Numbered from the stretch's first letter, positions 32,057 to 41,620 are shown. The stretch: 64,000 bases of DNA from an uncultured Gammaproteobacteria bacterium (GCA_947260025.1 CAMYON010000001.1:11410-75409); one strand, 5' to 3'. Notes: generated by a model not told the origin, from the sequence alone. Program-made: numbers and translations.

Positions 32057-32656
32057 TCATTGACTCGACATCTGCAAGTAAAGCTGGTGCAACGATTCGA
32101 CCTGGGACTCAAGGTCGGCGTCTATGGATCGATTATCGATGATATCGTGAGCCCGTGCTATTCGCTCGTCGTTGGACAACTGCTGTGCCAGCATTTTGCG
32201 TGCCAGCGCCTCATCGATATGGTCTCGCTTGATCAGGCGCTCGATTTGTTGCTCCGCCGGGCAGTCAACCACCAGAATCCGGTCGACCAGTGATTGAAAA
32301 TTGGTTTCGAACAGCAGCGGTATTACGACCAGGACATAGTTCGCGGTCGAGTAAGCGGCAATCGCATCATGACTGCGTTGAAAGATCAAGGGATGCAGCA
32401 TGGTCTCTAGCCAGGATTTCTCGTCACGCTGACTAAAAACGATTTCGCGTAACCGGCTACGATCGATTGCTCCATCGGATTTGATTATACGATCGCCAAA
32501 ATGTGCGCAGACCTGATCAAAGGCAAGTTCACCCGGCTCCAGCAATTTACGGCTGATAACGTCGGTATCGACCACGGGAACCTCGAGCCTGGTAAACAGG
32601 TTGCTGATCGTGGTTTTACCCGACGCGATGCCCCCTGTTAATCCGACTGCAAACAT
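32057..32656 (-). CDS. coaE: Dephospho-CoA kinase
   Basis: It has MFAVGLTGGIASGKTT (P-loop) and sits downstream of pilD, as in Pseudomonas and E. coli. Confidence 0.9.
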   Translation of the reverse strand: MFAVGLTGGIASGKTTISNLFTRLEVPVVDTDVISRKLLEPGELAFDQVCAHFGDRIIKSDGAIDRSRLREIVFSQRDEKSWLETMLHPLIFQRSHDAIAAYSTANYVLVVIPLLFETNFQSLVDRILVVDCPAEQQIERLIKRDHIDEALARKMLAQQLSNDERIARAHDIIDNRSIDADLESQVESLHQLYLQMSSQ

Positions 32657-32671
32657 GGCATTAACGACTGG

Positions 32672-33547
32672 CTATAAACCGAAAAGTGAATAGTAAAACT
32701 GCATCAGCTCATTACCCCACAGCAGGGTCATCCAGCCCGCCGCGGCGAGATAGGGGCCAAAAGGAATCTGGGTGCCGCGCTCGGTCATTTTCAGCAGGAT
32801 CATGCCGATACCGATGAAAGCGCCAACCAGGGAAGAGGTCAGGATAACCACGAACAGCGGCTTCCAGCCAAGCCATGCGCCAAGCATCGCAAGCAGCTTG
32901 AAATCGCCGTGCCCCATGCCTTCCTTGCCGGTTACCAGCTTGAACAGGATATACACGCTCCATAAGCTCATATAGCCTGCCATCGCGCCCATCACGCTGG
33001 ATTCGAGATCGACGAACACGTTGAACAGGGACAGCAGGATACCGAGCCACAGCAGGGGCAGGGTGATGCTGTCGGGTAACAGTTTATGTCCGATATCGAT
33101 ACCGCTGGCGGCGATCAGGCACCAGCTTAAAAACAGGGCTGCAAGCGCCTGCAGGCTGACGCCGAAATGCCAGCCAACGACCACCGAAACCAGCGCGGTG
33201 AACAGCTCCACCAGCGGGTACTGCAGCGATATACGGGTGTTGCAGCTGGAGCATTTGCCGCCCAAAACCAGGTAGCTAACAATCGGTATGTTTTCGAGTA
33301 CCGTGATTTGATGGCCGCACTGCCCGCAACGCGAGCGGGGGGTGCTGAGGTTGAACTTTTCGCTCCCGGCTTCGGCCGGTTGCTCGAGAAACTCGAGGCA
33401 GTCATGGCGCCATTCGCGCTGCATCATGACCGGCAGGCGGTAAATTACGACGTTCAGAAAACTGCCGACCGCGGCCCCGAAAACGAACAGGGTGGCGAGA
33501 TAGACAACCGGCTGCTGTTCGAACAGAGAGATAAAGGGATCGAACAA
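32672..33547 (-). CDS. pilD: Type IV prepilin leader peptidase / N-methyltransferase (A24 family)
   Basis: It has the tetracysteine motif CGQCGH...CSSC in cytoplasmic loop 1 and a multi-TM A24 peptidase architecture. Confidence 0.9.
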   Translation of the reverse strand: MFDPFISLFEQQPVVYLATLFVFGAAVGSFLNVVIYRLPVMMQREWRHDCLEFLEQPAEAGSEKFNLSTPRSRCGQCGHQITVLENIPIVSYLVLGGKCSSCNTRISLQYPLVELFTALVSVVVGWHFGVSLQALAALFLSWCLIAASGIDIGHKLLPDSITLPLLWLGILLSLFNVFVDLESSVMGAMAGYMSLWSVYILFKLVTGKEGMGHGDFKLLAMLGAWLGWKPLFVVILTSSLVGAFIGIGMILLKMTERGTQIPFGPYLAAAGWMTLLWGNELMQFYYSLFGL

Positions 33548-33558
33548 GCAGCTGTACC

Positions 33559-34782
33559 TTAGACCACGGCACCCAGTTTGAAGATCGGCAGGTACATCGC
33601 CACGATCAGGCCGCCGACGAGTACGCCGAGAACAGCCATGATGATCGGTTCCAGCAGCGAGGTTAAAGCGTCAACCGCGTTGTCGACCTCGGCCTCGTAA
33701 AAATCCGCGACCTTTGCCAGCATGGCATCGAGCGAACCGGCTTCCTCACCGATCGAAACCATCTGGATCGCCATATTGGGAAACAACCCGGTATTGCGCA
33801 TCGAGGTCTGTAGTTGCGTACCCTGGGAAACCTCGTCCCTGATCTTCAGGCTCGCGTTGTGATAAATGATGTTGCCGGTAGCACCGGCCACCGATTCCAT
33901 CGCCTCGACCAGCGGCACACCGGCCGCCGACATGGTTTCCAGCGTGCGCGCGAAGCGGGCGATCGCGGACTTGGTCGCGATTTCCCCGACCACCGGCGCT
34001 TTTAACGCCATCCGGTCCCAGGATTCCTGTAACTTCGGGGAAGTCTTCTTGATCCTGAAAAACACGTAGACCCCGCCGGCGATACCACCTGCAATCACCC
34101 ACCACCAGTCTTGCATGAACTCTGACAGATCGATGACGAACCGGGTCAGTGCCGGCAGATCGGCGCCGAACGAGTTGAACAGTTCCTCGAACTGGGGTAC
34201 GACGAATACCAGCAGAATAACGGTTACCACGAACGCGACGATCAAAACCGCTATCGGGTAAAACAGCGCCTTTTTCACCTTGGCCTTCAGGGCTTCGACT
34301 TTCTCCTTGTAGGTCGCCAGCTTGTCCAGCATGGTTTCGAGCGCACCCGATTGTTCGCCGGCGTTGACCAGGTTGATGAACAGCGGATCGAAGTAAAGTG
34401 GCTCCTTGGACAGTGCTTCCGCCAGCCCGACACCGCCCTCGACCTCGTTCTTGATGCCCATGATGAGTTTTTGCATCGACTGGTTGTCGCTACCCTGGGC
34501 GATGATTTCGAAGGATTGTACCAGCGGTACGCCCGCCGACATCATGGTTGCCATCTGGCGTGCAAATATCGAGATATCGGAGGGTGTAATTTTCTGGGCA
34601 CCACCAAACAGCGCTTTCGGCTTTTTCTTGACCTTGAGCGGGTTAATGCCCTGCTTGCGCAGTTCGTTCTTGGCCAGCGCATCGTTAAGCGCGAATATTT
34701 CTCCCTTAACCTTCGAGCCCCCACGATTGGTGCCTTCGTAGAGAAATTCTATTTTTTCAGCCGTTGCTGCTTTCGCTGCCAT
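33559..34782 (-). CDS. pilC: Type IV pilus inner-membrane platform protein PilC (GspF family)
   Basis: 407 aa with duplicated GspF domains and three TM segments. Confidence 0.9.
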   Translation of the reverse strand: MAAKAATAEKIEFLYEGTNRGGSKVKGEIFALNDALAKNELRKQGINPLKVKKKPKALFGGAQKITPSDISIFARQMATMMSAGVPLVQSFEIIAQGSDNQSMQKLIMGIKNEVEGGVGLAEALSKEPLYFDPLFINLVNAGEQSGALETMLDKLATYKEKVEALKAKVKKALFYPIAVLIVAFVVTVILLVFVVPQFEELFNSFGADLPALTRFVIDLSEFMQDWWWVIAGGIAGGVYVFFRIKKTSPKLQESWDRMALKAPVVGEIATKSAIARFARTLETMSAAGVPLVEAMESVAGATGNIIYHNASLKIRDEVSQGTQLQTSMRNTGLFPNMAIQMVSIGEEAGSLDAMLAKVADFYEAEVDNAVDALTSLLEPIIMAVLGVLVGGLIVAMYLPIFKLGAVV

Positions 34783-34785
34783 GGT

Positions 34786-36492
34786 TTAGTCCTTAGTTAC
34801 TCGGTTTGCTTCTTCGAGGCTGATCAGGCCCTGTTTGACTTTCTTCAATGCGGAGCGACGCAAATCGTCGACCCCTTCCTTGCGTGCCTGGTCGGCAATA
34901 TCGATCGAGTTGGCGCCACCCATGATCAGGCGGCCCATTTCCTCGGAAATACCCATTACCTGGTAGATACCGACCCGGCCCTTGTAGCCGCCGGTGCATT
35001 TGTCGCAACCCACGGCCTTGTAAATCTTGAAATCCTCGGCCAGGTCCTGCTTGGTGAAGCCTTCCTTGAGCAACACTTCCTTGGGTATATCGTCCGGTGT
35101 CTTGCAATCGCCGCACAGGCGTCGGCCCAGGCGCTGGGCAATAATCAGCGTTACCGAAGTGGCGATGTTGAATGCCGGCACGCCCATGTTCATCAGTCGG
35201 GTCAGGGTTTGCGGACCGTCGTTGGTGTGCAGGGTCGACATGACCAGGTGGCCGGTTTGCGCGGCCTTGATCGCGATACTCGCGGTTTCGAGATCACGTA
35301 TCTCACCTACCATGATGACGTCCGGGTCCTGCCGCAGAAAGGCCTTCAGGGCCTCGGCGAAGGTCAGCCCGACCTTGTCGTTGACGTTTACCTGGTTGAT
35401 TCCCTCGAGATTTATTTCAGCCGGGTCTTCCGCGGTCGAAATATTGGTTTCCGGCACGTTAAGAATGTTCAACCCGGTATACAGCGAGACGGTTTTACCG
35501 CTACCGGTCGGGCCGGTAACCAGGATCATGCCGTAGGGATTGGCCAGCGCTTTCATGTAAAGCTCTTTTTGTTCCGGCTCGTAACCCAATGCATCGATAC
35601 CGAGCTGGGCGCTGGACGGATCGAGGATACGCAGCACCACTTTCTCGCCGAACAATGTCGGGCAGGTGTTGACACGAAAGTCGATGGCTCGCTTCTTCGA
35701 TAACTTCAGCTTGATGCGGCCGTCCTGCGGCACGCGTCGCTCGGATATGTCCATGCGCGACATGACCTTGACGCGAGCGGTCAGTTTGGCGGCGATGTTG
35801 ATCGGTGGCGAGGCGACTTCCGACAGGATGCCGTCGATACGGTAGCGTACTCGATAGCGTTTTTCGTAGGGCTCGAAATGGATATCGGAGGCGCCCTTGT
35901 TGATCGCATCGAGCAGAATCTTGTTGACGTACTTAACGACCGGTGCATCGTCAGCCTCGTCCTTGGTCGGGCCGGAATCGTCGTCTTCCTCGGCGCCGAT
36001 ATCGAGGTTTTCGAGATCGTCGTCGAGCATTTCGTCCATTCCGGTATCCATGGCGCTGGCGGCTTTATCGATGAACTCTGCCAGCTGGGTATCCTGCACC
36101 AGGATCGCCTCGGTCGAGAGGCCGGTGGCAAACTTGATCTCATCCAGCGCCTGGGTATTGGTCGGGCTGGATATGGCGACGAACAGACGGTTGCCGCGCT
36201 TGAACAGCGGCACGGCGTTGAGCTTGGTTATCAACTTTTCTTCGATAATTCCGAATGCCGCCATCTCGGTATCCATGACGTCGAGATCGAATACCGGCAG
36301 GCCGAACTCCTGCGATGAAATCATCGCAATAACGGAAGCAGGAACGATTTTATTGTTAACCAGGTAGCTTGTGAGCTGAATGCCTTCCTTGTTGGCCTTC
36401 TCGACTGCCTCAAGCGCTGCCGCCTCGTCCAGATGGTTTTCCATGACCATCTTGCGGGCGATGCCGGTCAAATTTACGTTAGTTGCGGACAT
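34786..36492 (-). CDS. pilB: Type IV pilus assembly ATPase PilB (GspE family)
   Basis: It has Walker A GPTGSGKT, Asp/His boxes, and the tetracysteine motif CGDC...CDKC. Confidence 0.9.
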   Translation of the reverse strand: MSATNVNLTGIARKMVMENHLDEAAALEAVEKANKEGIQLTSYLVNNKIVPASVIAMISSQEFGLPVFDLDVMDTEMAAFGIIEEKLITKLNAVPLFKRGNRLFVAISSPTNTQALDEIKFATGLSTEAILVQDTQLAEFIDKAASAMDTGMDEMLDDDLENLDIGAEEDDDSGPTKDEADDAPVVKYVNKILLDAINKGASDIHFEPYEKRYRVRYRIDGILSEVASPPINIAAKLTARVKVMSRMDISERRVPQDGRIKLKLSKKRAIDFRVNTCPTLFGEKVVLRILDPSSAQLGIDALGYEPEQKELYMKALANPYGMILVTGPTGSGKTVSLYTGLNILNVPETNISTAEDPAEINLEGINQVNVNDKVGLTFAEALKAFLRQDPDVIMVGEIRDLETASIAIKAAQTGHLVMSTLHTNDGPQTLTRLMNMGVPAFNIATSVTLIIAQRLGRRLCGDCKTPDDIPKEVLLKEGFTKQDLAEDFKIYKAVGCDKCTGGYKGRVGIYQVMGISEEMGRLIMGGANSIDIADQARKEGVDDLRRSALKKVKQGLISLEEANRVTKD

Positions 36493-36912
36493 TAGGCACT
36501 CTTTGAATTAGCGAGATTCGGAATGTTTCACCAAACTTAAAGTATATTATAGTTTCACGATATTTTTGATAAATCTGTTCCCTAATTAAAGCACAATAAT
36601 GGCCAAAGTTTGGAAATTTTGTCTGAGAAGTATTTCGTATGAAATCAGACGCTTATTAGGCAAGATTAAATCAGTTTATCAATAGCTTTTTACCCCTGTA
36701 CCGGCCCTTGTCGAGGCCTGCGACACCGATGTCTGATTAGCGGGATTCAAAGTGATTACTTGGCCATATATCTTTTGATACCTGAGCAGGCGGTGCAAGG
36801 AGAATGGTGCCGACTTCTTTGAGTACCACCATGAGTGTCCTAGACTCGACACGCCGCTGACTGCGGCACCCCAAATACAGGGCTCAACAGAAACTAATCG
36901 GGGGGTTCAATA

Positions 36913-36952
36913 ATAAAAAAAAGGGGGTAAGACCTTTGGGTCTTACCCCCTC
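36913..36952 (-). terminator. Rho-independent terminator downstream of pilA
   Basis: The perfect hairpin GGGGGTAAGACC-TTTGG-GTCTTACCCCC is followed on the minus strand by a T8 run. It lies about 35 nt past the pilA stop. Confidence 0.65.
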
Positions 36953-36987
36953 GTTATCATTCAGAAATTCGAATGACGATGTAGATA

Positions 36988-37467
36988 TTAGATTCTACAT
37001 TCAGCCGGCAGGAACTGAACCGGGATAGTAGTACCTGCATCTGCGTTGGTGCAGCGCCAAACGACACTACCAGTCGCGTTAGCATCAGAGATAGCGAGGT
37101 TGTTAATAAACGGGGCGAACATCAGCTGGTTGGTCGCAGCCAGCTGTGGGATGTTACCCATAGTGATTGTGATTAATCCACTACCACCGGTAACACCGAC
37201 TGCAGAAATCTTGTCAGTTTGCAGTTCACCCGCCGCACTGGCAGCTGCTACTTCAAGGGCATAAGCGGCTACACCGGCCATACCACTGTTAGCGAACATT
37301 TCTGTAACGCCTACTTTGATGGCACTGGCAGCGATGGCGCCTTCTGAAACCTTGGCACGTACCGTGTAATCCTGGTAAGCAGGCAGCGCAACCGCGGCCA
37401 GAATACCGATGATTGCAACTACGATCATCAATTCGATCAATGTAAAACCAGCTTGTACTTTTTTCAT
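36988..37467 (-). CDS. pilA: Type IVa major pilin PilA
   Basis: [34 protein letters not shown] gives the class III signal peptide and the Gly-1/Phe+1/Glu+5 cleavage context. It has a C-terminal disulfide loop C...C and a strong SD (AGAGGA). Confidence 0.9.
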   Translation of the reverse strand: MKKVQAGFTLIELMIVVAIIGILAAVALPAYQDYTVRAKVSEGAIAASAIKVGVTEMFANSGMAGVAAYALEVAAASAAGELQTDKISAVGVTGGSGLITITMGNIPQLAATNQLMFAPFINNLAISDANATGSVVWRCTNADAGTTIPVQFLPAECRI

Positions 37468-37540
37468 TTTGAGTTTCCTCTTTTCAAAAAATTAAATTCA
37501 ATTTTGAAATCGACTTATGCCGTTTCATGCTGTAACAGGA

Positions 37541-37556
37541 TGCAATCGTGATGCCA
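37541..37556 (-). promoter_or_regulatory. Sigma-54 (RpoN) -24/-12 promoter for pilA
   Basis: The minus strand reads TGGCAT-CACGA-TTGCA, a perfect match to the GG-N10-GC spacing of TGGCAC-N5-TTGCW. It lies about 75 nt upstream of the pilA ATG, and the NtrC-family activator PilR is encoded immediately upstream. Confidence 0.65.
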
Positions 37557-37641
37557 ACTCTGCTATTTTTTATAAAAGCTATTAAAAACAATAACTTGCG
37601 ATTATTGGATCTTGAGCAGTAAGGTGCCCGGGAGCAAATGT

Positions 37642-37657
37642 TTGACAAAATTGTCAA
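37642..37657 (-). promoter_or_regulatory. Palindromic candidate enhancer (PilR upstream activating sequence) for the pilA sigma-54 promoter
   Basis: TTGACAAAATTGTCAA is a perfect inverted repeat about 90-100 nt upstream of the -24 element. Additional TGTCA/TGACA half-sites lie nearby (atGTCAgat, GTGTaaa). Confidence 0.35.
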
Positions 37658-37701
37658 GTTTTTACACGGAATGTCAGATATTTACCGGGATTCTGCCCGG
37701 T

Positions 37702-39033
37702 TCAGTCGTTTTTCAGCTGCAGCTTGTCGATGCGATAGCGCAACTGGCGTAAAGTCAGTCCCAGCGCACGCGCGGTTGCGGATTGGTTCCAGCGGTTGTC
37801 CTCGAGTGCGCTGATTATTTGTGCTTTCTCCAGATTCTGCGTCATTTCCCCCAGGCTGGGCGTTTTGCCGTTGTTTTCCGTGGCAACCTCCGGTAGCTGC
37901 AGGTCATCGACCTCGATGGATTCGTTCTCGCACAGCGCCAATGCGCGCTCGAGAATGTTTTCCAGTTCACGCACGTTGCCTGGAAACGGGTAGGCGTTCA
38001 GCGCGGCCACGGCTGCGTCGTTGATGGTAATGTTGCTGCGGTTGAGGAAGTTATGCTTCTGAATCAGGTAGTCGGCGAGTTGTGCGATATCCTCGGTCCG
38101 CTCCGACAAGGTGGGTACGATGATACCGATGACGTTGACTCGGTAGTATAAATCCTGGCGAAAACTGCCGTCGGCCACCATCGTGTCGATATTCTTGTGC
38201 GAGGCGCTGATAATGCGGACGTCGATGGGCTCTTCCTGCTGCGCACCGACCGCGCGGATCGATTTTTCCTGGATCACGCGCAGCAGCTTGACCTGCATCG
38301 CCAGCGGCAAATCGGCGATCTCGTCGAGAAACAGCGTGCCGCCGTTGGCTGCCTTGAACAATCCCTCGTTGTCGCTGGTGGCACCGGTAAAGCTACCTTT
38401 CAGGTGCCCGAAAAATTCGCTTTCCATCAATTCAGAAGGTATCGCGCCGCAGTTAACGGCGATAAATGCCGCGCCGGAGCGCGAGCCCTGCAGGTGTATC
38501 TGCCGCGCCACCAGTTCCTTGCCGGTGCCCGAGGCGCCGCTAATAAACACCGGTGCCTGGCTACGGGCGAATTTTGCGATCGAGCGCTTGAGCTCCTCCA
38601 TCACGGCCGAATCGCCGATGATCTGGTACTTTGTATCCGCCGGATCGCCGGCAAGCTGGGGCGAGCTGGGCAGGGTCAGCGCCTTGTCGACGAGATTGCG
38701 CAGGGTTTCCAGCGACACCGGTTTGGAGACGAAGTCGAACGCACCGCATTTCATTGCCTTGATTGCAAGATCGATGCTGCCATGCGCGGTAATGACCGCG
38801 GTCGGCGTGTTCGGGCAGTGCTGTTGAATATATTCGACCAGCGCGATGCCATCGCCATCCGGCAATTTCATATCCGTCAGGCAAAGGTCGAAGGATTCGT
38901 CGTGCAGTATTCGTGTAGCGTTGCTGTAGTCTTCGGCGCTGCGCGTCTCGAGCCCCATGCGCAGCAGCGTAATTTCCAGTAATTCCCGGATATCGGGTTC
39001 GTCATCGACGATTAAAACGCGTTGCCTGGTCAT
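37702..39033 (-). CDS. pilR: Sigma-54-dependent two-component response regulator PilR (NtrC family)
   Basis: It has a REC domain ([14 protein letters not shown]...D54 context) and an AAA+ sigma-54 activator domain ([21 protein letters not shown]). The C-terminal Fis-type HTH is [20 protein letters not shown]. Confidence 0.9.
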   Translation of the reverse strand: MTRQRVLIVDDEPDIRELLEITLLRMGLETRSAEDYSNATRILHDESFDLCLTDMKLPDGDGIALVEYIQQHCPNTPTAVITAHGSIDLAIKAMKCGAFDFVSKPVSLETLRNLVDKALTLPSSPQLAGDPADTKYQIIGDSAVMEELKRSIAKFARSQAPVFISGASGTGKELVARQIHLQGSRSGAAFIAVNCGAIPSELMESEFFGHLKGSFTGATSDNEGLFKAANGGTLFLDEIADLPLAMQVKLLRVIQEKSIRAVGAQQEEPIDVRIISASHKNIDTMVADGSFRQDLYYRVNVIGIIVPTLSERTEDIAQLADYLIQKHNFLNRSNITINDAAVAALNAYPFPGNVRELENILERALALCENESIEVDDLQLPEVATENNGKTPSLGEMTQNLEKAQIISALEDNRWNQSATARALGLTLRQLRYRIDKLQLKND

Positions 39034-40655
39034 TGATCCATCCCAGCTTCCGCTCCCATCGCGAGCGAGGTCATCTGCAGTATGAAACTGGTGCCGTTAA
39101 ACCGGTTTGTCCTGGCGGTGATAAACGCATTATTGAGTTCGCATAGTTGCCCGCAGATGTACAGTCCGAGACCGGATCCCTCGTGACTGGTGGTGTAAAA
39201 AGGTTCGAAAATCTGGTCCAGGATTTCGGCGTCGACGCCGGGTCCCCGGTCGGCAACCTCGATACAAAGGGGATAAGCCTCGGTGGCGAAGACCCTAATC
39301 GTAATCGGGTCATCGTTGTCACCGTGAACCACCGCGTTGGTGCACAGGTTGGTCAGAATTTGCGCCAGGTGGCCGGCGTCGAACAGCAGTACCGGATGCC
39401 CCACTTCCATTTCGAGTTCGAATGATTCAGGTCGAGCCAGTCCGGATTGACAGAAATCATCGATAAAGCCGGGCAGCCAGGTTTCGAGGTCGATTTGCTC
39501 CTTGGCGGTCGGGCTGCTGCGCGAGATCTTCAGGATATCTTCGATGATGTTATTGATGCGCAACGTGTGCAGGTTGATGATTTCGATCATGCGCTCGTCC
39601 GTCTCGGCAAGTTCCTCGTTCTCGTTGAGCAACTCGGCCGCGTAAGAGATCGCTCCCAGCGGGTTCCTGATTTCATGCGCGATACTCGCGGTCAGGTGAC
39701 CTAAGGAGGCCAGCTTGGCTTGTTGCATGCTATCGCGAATCGACGATACGTCGTTGAGAAATACCATCGTATTGGGCTGGCCCTCGCTTTGCAGTTCGCG
39801 AAAGCTGATCTGAATATTGGCCATCCCCGCCTCGGGTGGCAGCGAGCCCGACGCATCTCCTGAATTGTTACGCCAGGCCTCCAGTGCGGCCAGCACGCCG
39901 GGACAATCCTTTTCCAGTGAAATCGATTTGATGTTTGCCAGATGCAACATGTCCAGTGCGGCCTGGTTGATGTGTCGGATCCGGTCGTTACGGCTGAGCA
40001 CGATAACCCCTGCCTGCAGGTTCTCGATAATTTCCTGGTTCAGTGCCGACAATAATGCAACATCGCGTTCGCGTTGCTGAATCAACTGCTCGCTGCTGCG
40101 AATCCGCGTCATCAGGTTATGCGTCACGATTGCCGTGGCGATTAGACTCGCGCCAAGAATACCCACCTGGGTCGAGGTCCCGGTATAGCCGGGCAGGTTG
40201 ATTACCGAGTAGATGTGTTCGGCCAGCAATCCGAGCGACGCCAGCGAGGCAAACAGTATAGCGAGCGCCTGCTCGGTCAGCAGACTCGACACCGCCACCG
40301 AGATGATCAGCAGCATGCCAAGACCGCTGGAAATACCGCCGCAGGCATGCATCAGCAGGATAATCATGATGGTATCGCTATAGATTTGCAGCGTAACCTG
40401 GTTCTGAAAACCACGCCTCTCGATCCAGGCCGCTACGATCCAGATCATGGCCAGCAGCAGGAAGGCGAAGCTGGTCCAGGAATACAGTGAGAGATAGACG
40501 ATGTTCAGCAGAGGGGAGGGGCTGACAAAGCTTTGCGCAAAAAATATAGCCGCCAACCCGAGGCGATAGACGTTCAGCAGCCGAACCGAGGTCCAGTTGG
40601 TCGAACGTGGCCGGTAACCGCGCGCGAGCGGATTACTGCTGATCAAGCTCTGCAT
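39030..40655 (-). CDS. pilS: Sensor histidine kinase PilS (six-TM N-terminus)
   Basis: It has a hydrophobic 6-TM N-terminal region, the HisKA H-box SIAHEIRNPLGAI, and a HATPase_c domain with N/G1/G2 boxes. Its stop overlaps the pilR start. Confidence 0.85.
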   Translation of the reverse strand: MQSLISSNPLARGYRPRSTNWTSVRLLNVYRLGLAAIFFAQSFVSPSPLLNIVYLSLYSWTSFAFLLLAMIWIVAAWIERRGFQNQVTLQIYSDTIMIILLMHACGGISSGLGMLLIISVAVSSLLTEQALAILFASLASLGLLAEHIYSVINLPGYTGTSTQVGILGASLIATAIVTHNLMTRIRSSEQLIQQRERDVALLSALNQEIIENLQAGVIVLSRNDRIRHINQAALDMLHLANIKSISLEKDCPGVLAALEAWRNNSGDASGSLPPEAGMANIQISFRELQSEGQPNTMVFLNDVSSIRDSMQQAKLASLGHLTASIAHEIRNPLGAISYAAELLNENEELAETDERMIEIINLHTLRINNIIEDILKISRSSPTAKEQIDLETWLPGFIDDFCQSGLARPESFELEMEVGHPVLLFDAGHLAQILTNLCTNAVVHGDNDDPITIRVFATEAYPLCIEVADRGPGVDAEILDQIFEPFYTTSHEGSGLGLYICGQLCELNNAFITARTNRFNGTSFILQMTSLAMGAEAGMDQ

Positions 40656-40860
40656 GTTCCTGGCAGCAATAGGGTTGGTCGTTGACTGATATCACCGATG
40701 ATTCGGGTACGTGCACGCCGCAATACCTGCATTGACGCATGTTTTCGGATTTGGACGACTCCAGTTGTTCCGCGTCTGGATCTCCGCTGAACAGGCGCTT
40801 TACCAGCCACAGCAGCGTCAGCACGAGAGCGAGTAAAATTATCAGGCGTAAGAGGAACAT
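40633..40860 (-). CDS. Small membrane-anchored protein with C-terminal TRASH/YHS-like Cys motif (PP0621-like)
   Basis: 75 aa from the internal ATG. It has an N-terminal TM helix (MFLLRLIILLALVLTLLWLV), then CRYCGVHV...PYCCQEHAE (CxxCG..V...YCCxEH). It is immediately upstream of and slightly overlapping pilS. The 5' extension of the track ORF has no supporting features. Confidence 0.45.
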   Translation of the reverse strand: MFLLRLIILLALVLTLLWLVKRLFSGDPDAEQLESSKSENMRQCRYCGVHVPESSVISVNDQPYCCQEHAELDQQ

Positions 40861-41146
40861 GGGATCCTGGTTTGAGGTTGCTTTACATTTAGCGGATAAG
40901 TCTATGATTATAGCGATAAAACAATAAAGCGCATGCAATTCTTGCTGATCCAGGGCCGGCTGGTCCGGTACGCAGGAAAACGTCTGGTCAGGCCGCTGAG
41001 CAGCCGAAAATCCCATGAAAATGGATCACATTTCGGTAGAAATCAAACTGGCTAATAAAAAGTCCTCTGGCGACTTGCTGAACTGAATAAACGTCCCTAT
41101 ACTCCCCGCCTTTTATTGTTACGGGTTATCACTGGAGAGCGAATCA

Positions 41147-41563
41147 ATGACAGTAGAATTACCCGAGGGCTACAAGCCTTCCCCCAAAGAAGATTACATG
41201 TCACCGACGCAGCTCGAGTACTTTCGCCAGAAACTGCTGTCCTGGCGGGCTGAGCTGTTGCAGGAATCGGAAAATACTATTTCACATCTGAAAGAAGAGA
41301 ACTGGCAGGAACCCGATATCAATGATCGCGCTTCGCTGGAAACCGACGCCGCGCTGGAACTGCGTACTCGCGACCGTTACCGCAAGCTGGTTAACAAGAT
41401 CGATGCGGCGCTTTCCCGGGTTGCCGACGGCAGTTACGGGTATTGCGATGATACCGGTGAAGAGATCGGGTTGTTCCGGCTGGAAGCAAGGCCAATCGCC
41501 ACGCTTACCGTGGAAGCCCAGGAAAAGCACGAGCGGCTGGAGAAGCAGCGCCGCGACGATTGA
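41147..41563 (+). CDS. dksA: DksA-family RNA polymerase-binding transcription factor lacking the canonical Cys4 zinc finger
   Basis: It has a coiled-coil with DxxDxA-like tip context and a C-terminal globular region aligning to E. coli DksA ([28 protein letters not shown]). Here that region reads YGYCDDTGEEIGLFRLEARPIATLTVEA, so only the first of the four Cys residues is retained. Confidence 0.8.
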   Translation: MTVELPEGYKPSPKEDYMSPTQLEYFRQKLLSWRAELLQESENTISHLKEENWQEPDINDRASLETDAALELRTRDRYRKLVNKIDAALSRVADGSYGYCDDTGEEIGLFRLEARPIATLTVEAQEKHERLEKQRRDD

Positions 41564-41590
41564 CCAGCGGTACCACCCCGAAATAATAAA

Positions 41591-41620
41591 ACGGCCTGTT
41601 GATCAGGCCGTTTTCGTTTC
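41591..41620 (+). terminator. Rho-independent terminator after dksA (likely bidirectional with the convergent downstream gene)
   Basis: ACGGCCTG-TTGA-TCAGGCCGTTTTCGTTT. A’s lie on the 5' side, so it can also act on the minus strand. Confidence 0.55.

Noticed and set aside
34351-35703. 450-aa plus-strand ORF antisense to the pilC/pilB junction
   Set aside because: It spans the boundary of two strongly conserved minus-strand genes. Its translation is Arg/Gly/Val-rich low-complexity with no motifs. This is the classic GC-rich antisense artefact.
36493-36987. Possible tRNA / integration hotspot between pilA and pilB
   Set aside because: I looked for a tRNA-Thr-like sequence (GGTTCGA T-loop, CCA end), as found next to pilA in Pseudomonas. 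None is present, and I found no T-loop (GGTTCGA/GTTCGAATC) motif here or elsewhere in the window (checked by eye, not exhaustively).
37621-37645. Second sigma-54-like element (GGTGCCCGGGAGCAAA) upstream of pilA
   Set aside because: Its spacing and orientation do not fit GG-N10-GC on the pilA strand. It is probably a chance GC-rich match, whereas the TGGCAT-N5-TTGCA element downstream is a perfect fit.
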